32,520 bases of DNA from Chlorobiota bacterium (GTDB lineage Bacteria; Bacteroidota; Bacteroidia; Bacteroidales; B39-G9). The translations under genes and the position numbers were made by a program. Below, piece after piece: positions 10,522 through 19,074 of the stretch; the first letter of the stretch is position 1, and each line of letters starts with the position of its first letter. The notes beneath the pieces were generated by a model. That model was not told the origin of the DNA and ran no database searches. It saw only the letters and a program-made list of their open reading frames with translations. The DNA is taken from the NCBI GenBank assembly GCA_030632095.1, contig DAOVJU010000001.1, positions 1 through 32,520 on the forward strand, written 5' to 3'.

Positions 10522-11703
10522 TTAGATTTTTGCTAATGCCTGGTCAATATCTGCTATCAGGTCTTCAACATTTTCAATTCCAACTGAGTAACGTACCAGG
10601 TCGGATGTAATACCAGCTTCAATGCGTTTTTCTTCTGAAACCGCAGCATGTGTCATTGATGCAGGATGTTGTATTAAGGATTCAACACCACCAAGTGAAA
10701 CAGCCAGAGATGCCAGTTTAACGTTGTCCATTAAAACTGTTCCGGCATTATATCCACCTTTAATGCCAAAGCTTATCATGCTGCCAAATCCTGCCATTTG
10801 TTGTTTAGCCAGATCATATTGTTGAAATGATTTTAAGCCAGGATATTTGATCCATTCTACTTTTGGGTGATTTTCAAGATATTCTGCTATTTTAATAGCA
10901 CTTTCCTGTGCTTTTTCAATTCGTATGGATAATGTTTTCACGCCCCTTATTACTAAATATGCCTGGTGTGGATCCATATTGCAGCCCATGTAAACCATGG
11001 TTTTTCTAAGCCTGTTATAAATTTCTTTGTCTTTGGCAATTAGTGCACCGCCAACAATATCGGCATGACCGTTTATGAATTTGGTAAGTGAATGTAGTGC
11101 TACATCAGCACCTAAATCCAATGGTTTTTGTAAATAAGGTGAACAAAACGTGTTGTCAACCACTACAACTATATTATGTTTATGCGCTATTTCACAAGCT
11201 TTTTTTAAATCTGTTATACTTATGGTTGGATTTGCAGGAGTTTCAAGATAGAGCAATCTGGTATTTGGCCTTATTGAATCTTCAATAGCTTTTAGATCAG
11301 AGGTATCAATAAAAGTATATTCAACACCAAATTTTTCGAAATGACTTTCAACAACTGCACGGCTTGGGCCATAAATAGCACTGGTTCCAATCATATGCAT
11401 TCCTTTGCTTAAAAAAGTCATGTAGCATGTTGTAACTGCTGCCATTCCCGAAGCAAGAGCTATGCCCCGGTAACCATTTTCTAAAGCAGCCAATTTATCT
11501 TCAAGCGCATTTATGGTTGGGTTTCCAATACGCGTATAAATGTACCCATCTGCTTTTCCTGCAAATAAATCTGCACCATGTTGTGCATTTTTAAAAACAA
11601 AAGTTGACGTTTGATAAATAGGGGTTACAGCGCTGCCTTTTTCGTCATGAAAATCACCGGCATGTATAAGTTTTGAATCGAACCCTAAATTTTTTGTATC
11701 CAT
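10522..11703 (-). CDS. Cys/Met-metabolism PLP-dependent enzyme, most like methionine gamma-lyase
   Basis: 393 aa. Has the SLTKFINGHADIVGG PLP-lysine motif and the family-typical N-terminus (T.......G.......GA..PPIYQTSTF-like). Confidence 0.85.
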   Translation of the reverse strand: MDTKNLGFDSKLIHAGDFHDEKGSAVTPIYQTSTFVFKNAQHGADLFAGKADGYIYTRIGNPTINALEDKLAALENGYRGIALASGMAAVTTCYMTFLSKGMHMIGTSAIYGPSRAVVESHFEKFGVEYTFIDTSDLKAIEDSIRPNTRLLYLETPANPTISITDLKKACEIAHKHNIVVVVDNTFCSPYLQKPLDLGADVALHSLTKFINGHADIVGGALIAKDKEIYNRLRKTMVYMGCNMDPHQAYLVIRGVKTLSIRIEKAQESAIKIAEYLENHPKVEWIKYPGLKSFQQYDLAKQQMAGFGSMISFGIKGGYNAGTVLMDNVKLASLAVSLGGVESLIQHPASMTHAAVSEEKRIEAGITSDLVRYSVGIENVEDLIADIDQALAKI

Positions 11704-11745
11704 TTTTATAAAATTTGAAATTTTTTGTCTTGAATTTTAAACGCA

Positions 11746-11753
11746 CAAAGATA
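11746..11753 (-). promoter_or_regulatory. Bacteroidota-type -7 promoter box (TAnnTTTG)
   Basis: Plus strand reads CAAAGATA, which is TATCTTTG on the minus strand, 43 nt upstream of the ATG at 11703. Confidence 0.45.
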
Positions 11754-11772
11754 ATGGAATTAATTTAAAATC

Positions 11773-11793
11773 AAATGCAATAAAGTTGCATTT
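11773..11793 (-). terminator. hairpin terminator after cvpA
   Basis: AAATGCAA-TAAAG-TTGCATTT, an 8-bp stem. The minus-strand transcript continues into a T-rich stretch (GATTTTAAATTA). Confidence 0.45.
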
Positions 11794-11809
11794 CGTTTGT
11801 ATTTGTAAT

Positions 11810-12328
11810 CTATATCTGTAGAGCATCCGGAACATATTCATTAACTTTTTCAAAATCCAGGTAAGGGAATATCAAGGGAGCAAAGCCGGCCAATGGTTTA
11901 TAGAAAAGCGATTTTTCTTTAAGTTCTGCGGAAATAAAACCGGTTTTTTCATCGAACTTGTTAATAAGTAATATTACTATGCTAAGGATAAAAGCTATTT
12001 TTAATATGTTGAATGCCGCACCTGCAATGCGGTTAATAAATCCTAAAGCAACTGCTTTAACCAGTTTATCAATAATTCTGGCTAAAAAGTGAACAGCAAT
12101 AACAATGATTACAAAAGTAATAGCAAATGAAATTATGGGTAAATGCTGTGTACTAAGATCAAAATGTTCAATAAGATAGCTGCTTGTGATATCAGAAAAG
12201 CGAATTGCTCCAAATATCCCCAGCAAAAGCGCTAACAAGCCAGCAACTGAAATAATTAAACCTTTTGAAAATCCTTTATAAGCGCTCCATGCAACAAGTA
12301 TAATAATTATTAAATCCAATATATTCAT
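11810..12328 (-). CDS. cvpA: CvpA-family membrane protein
   Basis: 172 aa with 4 TM helices and the characteristic N-terminus MNILDLIIIILVAWSAYKGFSKGLI. Confidence 0.85.
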   Translation of the reverse strand: MNILDLIIIILVAWSAYKGFSKGLIISVAGLLALLLGIFGAIRFSDITSSYLIEHFDLSTQHLPIISFAITFVIIVIAVHFLARIIDKLVKAVALGFINRIAGAAFNILKIAFILSIVILLINKFDEKTGFISAELKEKSLFYKPLAGFAPLIFPYLDFEKVNEYVPDALQI

Positions 12329-12428
12329 AGTGTCAGGTTTATGTGGTTTAAATGTCCTAAAAAAAATAGTAAATCATTAAACAAGTATAAAGTATATTTT
12401 TATAATTTCACAGAAAATTATTAAAGAT

Positions 12429-13949
12429 ATGCCTTTATTGAATACCATATATTCATGGTTGATGATAAAACGCCATTATCAGATTGAACTTTTCAAGAAG
12501 TATCCGTTTGATGTACAGCAGGAAACATTGTTAAAGCTTATTAAAAGAGCAAAAGATACTGAATGGGGGAAGCAATACGATTATAAGTTAATTGGGAATA
12601 TTGATGATTTTCAAAAAAGAGTTCCGTTGCAAGATTATGATACCATTAAAGGTTACGTGAAACGATTACGCGACGGTGAAAAGAATTTGTTATGGCCGGG
12701 AGAAATTAAATGGTTTGCAAAATCCTCAGGAACTACAAGCGATAAAAGTAAATTCATTCCGGTAAGCAAGGAAGCTTTAGAAGATTGTCATTTCAGAGGG
12801 GGTAAAGATATTTTAGCAATTTATACTGAAAATTTCCCTGATTCAAAAATGTTTAGCGGGAAAACATTAGGTTTGGGAGGGACACATCAGATCAATAATT
12901 TCAGTAATGATTCTTATTACGGGGATTTATCGGCCATTTTAATTCAAAACACACCATTTTGGGCTGAGTTTATCAGGACACCTGATCATTCAATTGCCTT
13001 AATGGATGAATGGGAAGAAAAAATTGAATTGATGGCAAAAGCTACAATCAGGGAAAAAGTTACTTCTGTAGCAGGAATTCCTTCCTGGACATTGGTTCTG
13101 ATAAAAAGAATTCTGGAAATTACAGGAAAGGATAATCTTCTGGAAGTTTGGCCTGAGCTTGAATTATTCGTTCATGGAGGTGTAAATTTCGGACCTTATA
13201 AAGACCAGTTTTATAAGTTAATACCTTCAGACAAAATGAATTATATGGAGACCTATAATGCTTCAGAAGGTTTCTTTGCAATACAGGATGATCTTGCAAT
13301 TGACGATATGTTGCTTTTACTTGATGTAGGTATTTTTTATGAATTTATCCCTGTTGAAGATGTAAATAAGGAAAATCCGATGGTTTGTACACTTGAAGAT
13401 GTAGAACCTGGTAAGAATTATGCTATAGTAATAACAACCAATGGAGGTTTATGGAGATATCTGATAGGAGATACTGTTGTTTTTACATCAAAATTTCCGT
13501 ATAAAATTAAAGTATCCGGAAGAACTAAACACTATATAAATACTTTTGGAGAGGAGTTGATAATTGATAATGCCGAGAAAGCTATTCAACTGGCAACTGA
13601 AAAAACAAACTCACAGGTGCTGGAATATACTGCCGGCCCTGTATATATGAGCTATGAAAAAAAGGGTTCTCATCAATGGCTGATAGAGTTTCAGAAGCAT
13701 CCTGAGAATTTGGATTATTTTGCTGAAGTTCTTGATAATGCGCTGAAATCTATAAATTCAGATTATGAATCAAAGCGCTATAAAAACATCACACTTGATT
13801 TTCCGGAAGTAAGAGCAGTTAAAAATGGTACATTTTATAAATGGTTAAAAAATATCGGGAAATTAGGAGGGCAGCATAAAGTGCCGCGCTTAGCCAATCA
13901 TCGTGAGTTTATAGAACAAATTCTGGAAATAGAAAACCAGTTAACGTAG
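12429..13949 (+). CDS. GH3 (auxin-responsive promoter) family adenylating enzyme
   Basis: 506 aa. FAKSSGTTSDKSKFIPVS motif, and length and layout typical of bacterial GH3 proteins. Confidence 0.88.
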   Translation: MPLLNTIYSWLMIKRHYQIELFKKYPFDVQQETLLKLIKRAKDTEWGKQYDYKLIGNIDDFQKRVPLQDYDTIKGYVKRLRDGEKNLLWPGEIKWFAKSSGTTSDKSKFIPVSKEALEDCHFRGGKDILAIYTENFPDSKMFSGKTLGLGGTHQINNFSNDSYYGDLSAILIQNTPFWAEFIRTPDHSIALMDEWEEKIELMAKATIREKVTSVAGIPSWTLVLIKRILEITGKDNLLEVWPELELFVHGGVNFGPYKDQFYKLIPSDKMNYMETYNASEGFFAIQDDLAIDDMLLLLDVGIFYEFIPVEDVNKENPMVCTLEDVEPGKNYAIVITTNGGLWRYLIGDTVVFTSKFPYKIKVSGRTKHYINTFGEELIIDNAEKAIQLATEKTNSQVLEYTAGPVYMSYEKKGSHQWLIEFQKHPENLDYFAEVLDNALKSINSDYESKRYKNITLDFPEVRAVKNGTFYKWLKNIGKLGGQHKVPRLANHREFIEQILEIENQLT

Positions 13950-13967
13950 TGTCTTAATTCGAATATT

Positions 13968-13986
13968 TCCCGAAATAAAATCGGGA
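13968..13986 (+). terminator. weak hairpin downstream of the GH3 gene
   Basis: TCCCGA-AATAAAA-TCGGGA, a 6-bp stem. The T-run follows only about 10 nt later. Confidence 0.3.
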
Positions 13987-14011
13987 CAAGCTGTGTATTT
14001 TTTGACAGAAT

Positions 14012-14299
14012 ATATTTAATCCTGTTTGATTCAGTTTTAAAAGGCAGTAATGTCAAATGTCAGAAATTTCATGTCAAATGTCAAATGTTTACTAATAAAG
14101 ATATAATGTATAATGAGAGAAGAAATTTCAGAACGATTTTTAGAGTTTGCAGCCAAAATAATTAAACATTGAAAGAAAATCGGGAACTTATAAAGATTAT
14201 TGCAAAATCTGTTTCAACAACCAAAGCAAAAAAGAAATAAAACATTTGACTTTTGACTTTTGACCTCATACATTTGACATAATGATAATATTTAATCCT
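14012..14299. mobile_element. MITE-like insertion: 12-bp direct repeats enclosing GTCAAATGT-word inverted repeats and a decayed four-helix-bundle ORF
   Basis: Exact ATATTTAATCCT at 14012-14023 and 14288-14299. ATGTCAAATGT at 14050-14060 and 14071-14081 faces ACATTTGACAT at 14270-14280, with extra GTCAAATGT/ACATTTGAC words at 14080-14088 and 14242-14250. Confidence 0.55.
14113..14240 (+). pseudogene. four-helix-bundle (23S rRNA intervening-sequence protein family) gene remnant with the middle deleted
   Basis: MREEISERFLEFAAKIIKH then a stop (14113-14172). A different frame then gives ENRELIKIIAKSVSTTKAKKK then a stop (14175-14240). These resemble the N-terminal and C-terminal ends of the family, and the central helices are missing. 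Confidence 0.5.
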
Positions 14300-14491
14300 A
14301 TCCTATTTGGTTCTGGCTTGTCCAATTTAGGGTATACATTTTTATTTCGAAATTATATAATGTTTAATAAGGAACAATACAATTATCAGTTTTGTTGCTC
14401 TAATTATCAGGGAGTTGCAAGAGTGTCTCCATCGGCCGCCAAAGGCTTGCCGACGGCGCAGCGTTTTCAATGCATATAGATTCTATATAAC

Positions 14492-15280
14492 ATGATCAGA
14501 TTTTTAATAATAGTAATTCTGCTTTTTAATGTTCATACAGATAAGCAATGGATATTAACTAAAACACTGAACGTTAAGGGGGGTAATATAACAATTGATA
14601 ACCTTCAGAACATCTATATAATTTCAGACAATACGCTGTTAAAATACGATAAGCATGGGAATTATCTTTCGGAATACTCAAATAATTATTCAGGTTTAAT
14701 TACAAGTGTTGATGTATCGGATCCAATGCGGATATTGATTTTTTATGAAGAATTTAATCAAATAATTTTTCTTGATAATAATCTGTCAGAAATAGGCAGC
14801 CCTATATTATTAGACGATTTAAATTATGGTCCAATAAAACTTGCATCTGGTTCTGAACAAAGCGGGTTTTGGATTTACTGTGTTCAATTACAACAGATAT
14901 TGCATCTTAATAAAGATTTAAAACTAGTAAACAAAAGCCCGAAGCTTAGTTCAATAATAACTAACGATTTAGCCCCCAATTTTTTACTAGAGAAAAACAA
15001 TAATGTATATTTAAACCTGCCAAATACAGGAATACTGGTTTTTAATAGTTATGGGCATTATTTAAAAACATTACCTCTTAAAGAACTTGATGATTTTCAA
15101 ATTAATAATCAGAAAGTTACGTTCAACAGGAACAATTGTATAATTACATTCAACATGAAACTGATTGATTATGATACTTTATGTATTAATGAAAGTGACA
15201 GTATTATTGACATTAAAGTTGAACAGGATATTTCTATAGTAAAAAACAAAGAGGAAATATTAATTTATAAGCTTAAATAA
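14492..15280 (+). CDS. hypothetical exported protein
   Basis: 262 aa with a hydrophobic N-terminus (MIRFLIIVILLFNV). No motif I recognise. Confidence 0.55.
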   Translation: MIRFLIIVILLFNVHTDKQWILTKTLNVKGGNITIDNLQNIYIISDNTLLKYDKHGNYLSEYSNNYSGLITSVDVSDPMRILIFYEEFNQIIFLDNNLSEIGSPILLDDLNYGPIKLASGSEQSGFWIYCVQLQQILHLNKDLKLVNKSPKLSSIITNDLAPNFLLEKNNNVYLNLPNTGILVFNSYGHYLKTLPLKELDDFQINNQKVTFNRNNCIITFNMKLIDYDTLCINESDSIIDIKVEQDISIVKNKEEILIYKLK

Positions 15281-15326
15281 AAAATATTTTTTAAATTCGT
15301 ACTCAAACTTTAATAAATATAAATCC

Positions 15327-15941
15327 ATGCATATTGCAATTGCCGGAAATATTGGTTCCGGGAAAACCACTTTAACAAGCTTATTATCAAAGCAGTTTAA
15401 CTGGGAAGCCCATTATGAAGATGTTGATGATAATCCGTATTTGAACGATTTTTATGATGACATGCAACGATGGTCGTTCAATTTGCAGGTTTATTTTTTA
15501 AATAGCAGGTTTAACCAGGTTTTAGAAATTAGAAAGTCGGGGAAAACCGTAATTCAGGACAGGACAATTTATGAAGATGCTTATATTTTTGCTCCTAATT
15601 TACATGCTATGGGCTTGATGACAACACGTGATTTTGAGAATTATTCTGAACTTTTCCAATTAATGAGCTCGTTGGTTAAGCCGCCCGAATTGTTAATTTA
15701 TTTAAGGTCAACAGTTCCAACTTTAGTTAACCAGATTCAAAGACGTGGCAGAAAATATGAAAACACAATACGCCTTGATTATCTTAAAAGACTGAACGAA
15801 CGATACGAAGCATGGATTAGCAAATATGATCTTGGAAAGATTTTAATTGTTGATGTTGACAAGAATAATTTTATTGAGAATACAGAAGATTTAAGTGGGG
15901 TAATTGATAAAATAAATGCCGAGTTACACGGATTGTTTTAA
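15327..15941 (+). CDS. deoxynucleoside kinase
   Basis: 204 aa. P-loop AGNIGSGKTT, then YEDVDDNPYL..FY.D..RW.F.LQ.YFL and DRTIYED motifs typical of dAK/dGK-type kinases. Confidence 0.92.
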   Translation: MHIAIAGNIGSGKTTLTSLLSKQFNWEAHYEDVDDNPYLNDFYDDMQRWSFNLQVYFLNSRFNQVLEIRKSGKTVIQDRTIYEDAYIFAPNLHAMGLMTTRDFENYSELFQLMSSLVKPPELLIYLRSTVPTLVNQIQRRGRKYENTIRLDYLKRLNERYEAWISKYDLGKILIVDVDKNNFIENTEDLSGVIDKINAELHGLF

Positions 15942-15976
15942 TTATACTGCTTAACAACTTTCCTTTAAAACACACA

Positions 15977-16029
15977 CCTGTTATATGCATACGCTGAAGC
16001 TTCAGCAAAGGCACTAATAGCAGGTTTTT
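15977..16029 (+). terminator. long hairpin terminator after the kinase gene
   Basis: Outer stem CCTGTTAT/AATAGCAGG around the perfect 14-bp palindrome GCTGAAGCTTCAGC, followed by TTTTTATTT. Confidence 0.6.
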
Positions 16030-16228
16030 ATTTGTTTGTATTGTTTAATTATTCTGTAACTATTCTTCAAAAGGAGTAAATTCCTTTTGACTATAATGTT
16101 ACAACATAATTTTGCAAATAATGTTCATTATTCAAATTCAATACTTTGAAATGTACAATACTACTGAAATGAAACGAAAAAAAATTAAAGAACATTAAAT
16201 TTGTAACAACCCAGCCTAAGCCTAACGA

Positions 16229-16316
16229 GGTTATTCCTCAGCTCACCTGGGGTTATTCCTCAGCTCACCTGGGGTTATTCCTCAGTTCATCTGGGGTTAT
16301 TCCTCAGTTCAGGCGG
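16229..16316. repeat. 4 x 22-bp head-to-tail tandem repeat
   Basis: GGTTATTCCTCAGCTCACCTGG twice (exact), then GGTTATTCCTCAGTTCATCTGG, then GGTTATTCCTCAGTTCAGGCGG. No spacers between units. Confidence 0.95.
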
Positions 16317-16358
16317 GGGTGTTTTCGGGTTTGTGTTTGTAATATATTGAAAATTAAC

Positions 16359-16366
16359 TATCTTTG
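16359..16366 (+). promoter_or_regulatory. Bacteroidota-type -7 promoter box (TAnnTTTG) for the ATPase gene
   Basis: TATCTTTG ends 12 nt before the ATG at 16378. TTTG words lie about 25-35 nt upstream. Confidence 0.5.
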
Positions 16367-16377
16367 TAAAAAATATT

Positions 16378-17625
16378 ATGATTAACAGGAAAATTGAAAG
16401 TAAAATTTTAAAGGCTCTAAATAATTTCAGAATTGTTTATATTAATGGTGCAAGACAAACCGGAAAAACAACTTTTGTTAAGCAAATTGCCACTAAAAAA
16501 AGTTATAATTACGTTACTTTTGATGATGAAGAAAAGTTACAGTTAGCAAAAAATAATCCGAATTTATTTTTTGTAACAAACAAACCGCCGATTATTATAG
16601 ATGAAGTTCAAAAAGTTCCACATATTATCAATAAAATAAAAACTTTTGTAGATAATAAACCTGATAAAAAAGGTCAATTTATATTAACAGGCTCGGTTGA
16701 TTTGCTAAAATCAGTAAAAATAAACGAGAGTTTGGCAGGGCGAATGGTTGGTTATGAACTTTATCCATTTTCTTTTACTGAGTTGAATTATATAAATTTT
16801 AGTTTATTAGAAATCTTGTTCAAACCCGATTTTTATAAATATTTTGAAAATATCAAAAATCAAAATCATAATGAAATATTAAACAGATTGCTTATCGGAG
16901 GTTTTCCTGAAATTCAATCAATTGATGTTAGTATGCATAAAAAATGGTTTTCAAATTATTTCAAAGCAAGAATCAGTAAAGATATTAACAGCCTTACGGA
17001 AAACAATTTAAGAAAAGCAAATAAAATTCCGGAATTATTGAAATTGCTATCTATGCAATCAGCTAACTTGCTAAATATTAGCAACTTGACAAATAAACTA
17101 AAACTGAGTTTTGACACAGTCGGAAACTATATTTATCTGCTTGAAGCAATGTTTTTAATTGAAAAACTGAAACCTTATGAAAAGAATGTTGGCAAACAAG
17201 TAAAAAAAATGAATAAATTATATTTCACAGATACCGGTTTTATTAGTCATTTATCAAGAATATCAGAAGATAAATTATTAAAAGACAGAAAGTTATTCGG
17301 ACAGTTACTTGAAAATTATATTTACAATGAATTGAAAAAACATATTTCGTTCTCAAACGAAAACTTTGAAATTTTTTATTATAGAGACAATAAAACTTTC
17401 GAAGTAGATTTTATTATTGAAAATAATGAAGGACAAATAATTTGTGTGGAAGTAAAAAGTGCCCAAAATATTACAAAAAAAGAACTAAAAGGTTTGCAAA
17501 GTTTTAAGCGAAACTTTGAACAAAATATTGAAGCAATGTATGTTTTTTACGGAGGTGAAGAAATTTCTGCTATTGATATTGACAATTTTCCTGTATATTT
17601 ATTACCGTACAAATATCTTTTTTAA
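16378..17625 (+). CDS. AAA-family ATPase with a C-terminal DUF4143-like domain
   Basis: 415 aa. Walker A GARQTGKTT, Walker B IIIDEVQKVP, and a C-terminal nuclease-fold-like region (EVDFII...VEVKS) as in COG1373-type proteins. Confidence 0.85.
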   Translation: MINRKIESKILKALNNFRIVYINGARQTGKTTFVKQIATKKSYNYVTFDDEEKLQLAKNNPNLFFVTNKPPIIIDEVQKVPHIINKIKTFVDNKPDKKGQFILTGSVDLLKSVKINESLAGRMVGYELYPFSFTELNYINFSLLEILFKPDFYKYFENIKNQNHNEILNRLLIGGFPEIQSIDVSMHKKWFSNYFKARISKDINSLTENNLRKANKIPELLKLLSMQSANLLNISNLTNKLKLSFDTVGNYIYLLEAMFLIEKLKPYEKNVGKQVKKMNKLYFTDTGFISHLSRISEDKLLKDRKLFGQLLENYIYNELKKHISFSNENFEIFYYRDNKTFEVDFIIENNEGQIICVEVKSAQNITKKELKGLQSFKRNFEQNIEAMYVFYGGEEISAIDIDNFPVYLLPYKYLF

Positions 17626-17632
17626 TTCTTAA

Positions 17633-17758
17633 AAATATAGAGAAATACTTATTGAAAACCCGGAAGATTATCTTTTTAGTTCTACAAATAACTATTGTGG
17701 ATGCCACGGTTTACTTGATATAGTTTTGCTAGAATTTGCACGCGTTACACTACGTTAA
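17633..17758 (+). pseudogene. C-terminal remnant of a Y1 (IS200-like / REP-associated) tyrosine transposase
   Basis: Open frame KYREILIENPEDYLFSSTNNYCGCHGLLDIVLLEFARVTLR then a stop, with no start codon. It matches the ...NPV.AG.V..PEDY.YSS...Y.G..GLLD..LL tail of that family as I recall it. Confidence 0.45.
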
Positions 17759-17833
17759 ACGCTTGCTATTGGTGTTAATAAATTAATTGTTCAATTGCCT
17801 GCCCCGTAGCGAAGAATGAGCGTATCGGATTTC

Positions 17834-17868
17834 ATTGTTCAATTGTTGTTGGATAACAATAGAACAAT
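17834..17868. repeat. hairpin built from ATTGTTCAATTGTT words, next to the transposase remnant
   Basis: ATTGTTCAATTGTT (17834-17847) pairs with AACAATAGAACAAT (17855-17868) at 13/14 positions. A third copy, AATTGTTCAATTG, is at 17785-17797. Confidence 0.7.
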
Positions 17869-17945
17869 ATAGCAATAGAACCATTATTCACCCTATTGAA
17901 TAAAATTTTGCTAAGCATTCAACGGGATGAAATTGTACTTTATTT

Positions 17946-18335
17946 CTATTCATTCTTCTTCTTCAACACTTCTATCAGTTCATCTTTAGATTTTAGTAAG
18001 GCTTTCAGGTAGGCGATTTCTTTTTTCAACATCTCAATTTTCATACGCTGGTTCCCGGCATTTTTCTGATAACCAGCATCATCTTCTCTAATAGTACCGG
18101 GAATCTTTGAGTTTTCAAGGTAAGGCTTTTCATTTTCCATATCTTCAAAGAAACTATATACCGGAACTTCAATTATTTGTGCAATGGCAATTAATGCATT
18201 CACCGGCATAGGAGTTTTATCGTTCAGGTAATTGGCAACTGTTTTCTCGTGAATATTGGTTAATGTTGATAATTCCTTATAGGTTATTTTTTTATCTTTT
18301 AGTAATTCTTTTATTTTCAGGCTTATAGACATCAA
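17946..18335 (-). CDS. XRE-family helix-turn-helix regulator with a C-terminal coiled coil
   Basis: 129 aa. The N-terminus LKIKELLKDKKITYKELSTLTNIHEKTVANYLNDKTPMPVNALIAIAQIIEVPVYSFF is a classic HTH_3 layout, and the tail is heptad-like (EMLKKEIAYLKALLKSKDELIEVLKKK). Confidence 0.8.
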   Translation of the reverse strand: MMSISLKIKELLKDKKITYKELSTLTNIHEKTVANYLNDKTPMPVNALIAIAQIIEVPVYSFFEDMENEKPYLENSKIPGTIREDDAGYQKNAGNQRMKIEMLKKEIAYLKALLKSKDELIEVLKKKNE

Positions 18336-18588
18336 TATATATAATTTTAATACTTCTACAGATAATATATTGTATTCCTGCGGGTGAATATATTACCTTT
18401 ATGCGTTAAAAAGGATAATATAATACCGCAAAATGCTATTAATCAATGCAAAACAAGCATCTAAGATACTAATTCAATTTATTATTGTCTATTGACAACT
18501 GATAATTGAAACTGCTTCGCGGGAAGCTGCCCTGCCAGTAGTTTTAAAACTCTGGCAGTGGCTAAACTTGAATGTTAATAATTAATCT

Positions 18589-18816
18589 ATGCCAAACAAT
18601 AACAAAGATGAGGAAGTACGAAAGCTATTTAAAGAGATTGTAAAAAAAGTGAGCCGCGAGCATGCTGAAAAACAAGAAAAGAAATTAAATAAACGCGGGC
18701 TGTTAGCTTTAAAAGAAATGATCATGAGTATTAACAAGTATTTAAAGCACAAAATAATATTAGGCTCAATTATGAAAGTAATGAAAAGGAGAAGAATAAA
18801 ACGACAAGGCCATTAA
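18589..18816 (+). CDS. small, highly basic hypothetical protein
   Basis: 75-aa Lys/Arg-rich ORF divergent from the XRE gene. No recognisable motif, so coding status is uncertain. Confidence 0.3.
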   Translation: MPNNNKDEEVRKLFKEIVKKVSREHAEKQEKKLNKRGLLALKEMIMSINKYLKHKIILGSIMKVMKRRRIKRQGH

Positions 18817-19074
18817 ATCAGTGAAACTATACTTTTTAGAGTTGCAAACGAATAAAAAGTATAAAGTTGAACTAATCCCGAAAGCGAAGCGTATCGGGAT
18901 CTCGGGTCTTATTCCCCGCTGCTGGCAGAGAAATAAAAAGAATATTATTCCGCTTCAATACCTCGTCTGCTTGCGGCAAGGTCGATTATTTTCACCTAAC
19001 AATTTAGAAACTATCTAAATTATATTCAAAACATGAAATTAATAATAAGTAAGGAACACAGACTATACTTTAAA

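Noticed and set aside
14282-14479. 65-aa ORF in the spacer before the 14492 gene
   Set aside because: It starts inside the right end of the MITE-like unit, is low-complexity, and has no recognisable motif. Its only notable content is a GC-rich patch (14420-14465), for which I could find no more than a weak 5-bp stem.
16229-16316. Possible CRISPR array
   Set aside because: The 22-bp units are directly adjacent with no spacers and are shorter than typical CRISPR repeats. This is a plain tandem repeat.
18821-19018. 65-aa ORF
   Set aside because: It runs across the hairpin/GC-rich repeat motif at 18875-18900, has odd composition and lacks promoter context, so it is probably non-coding.
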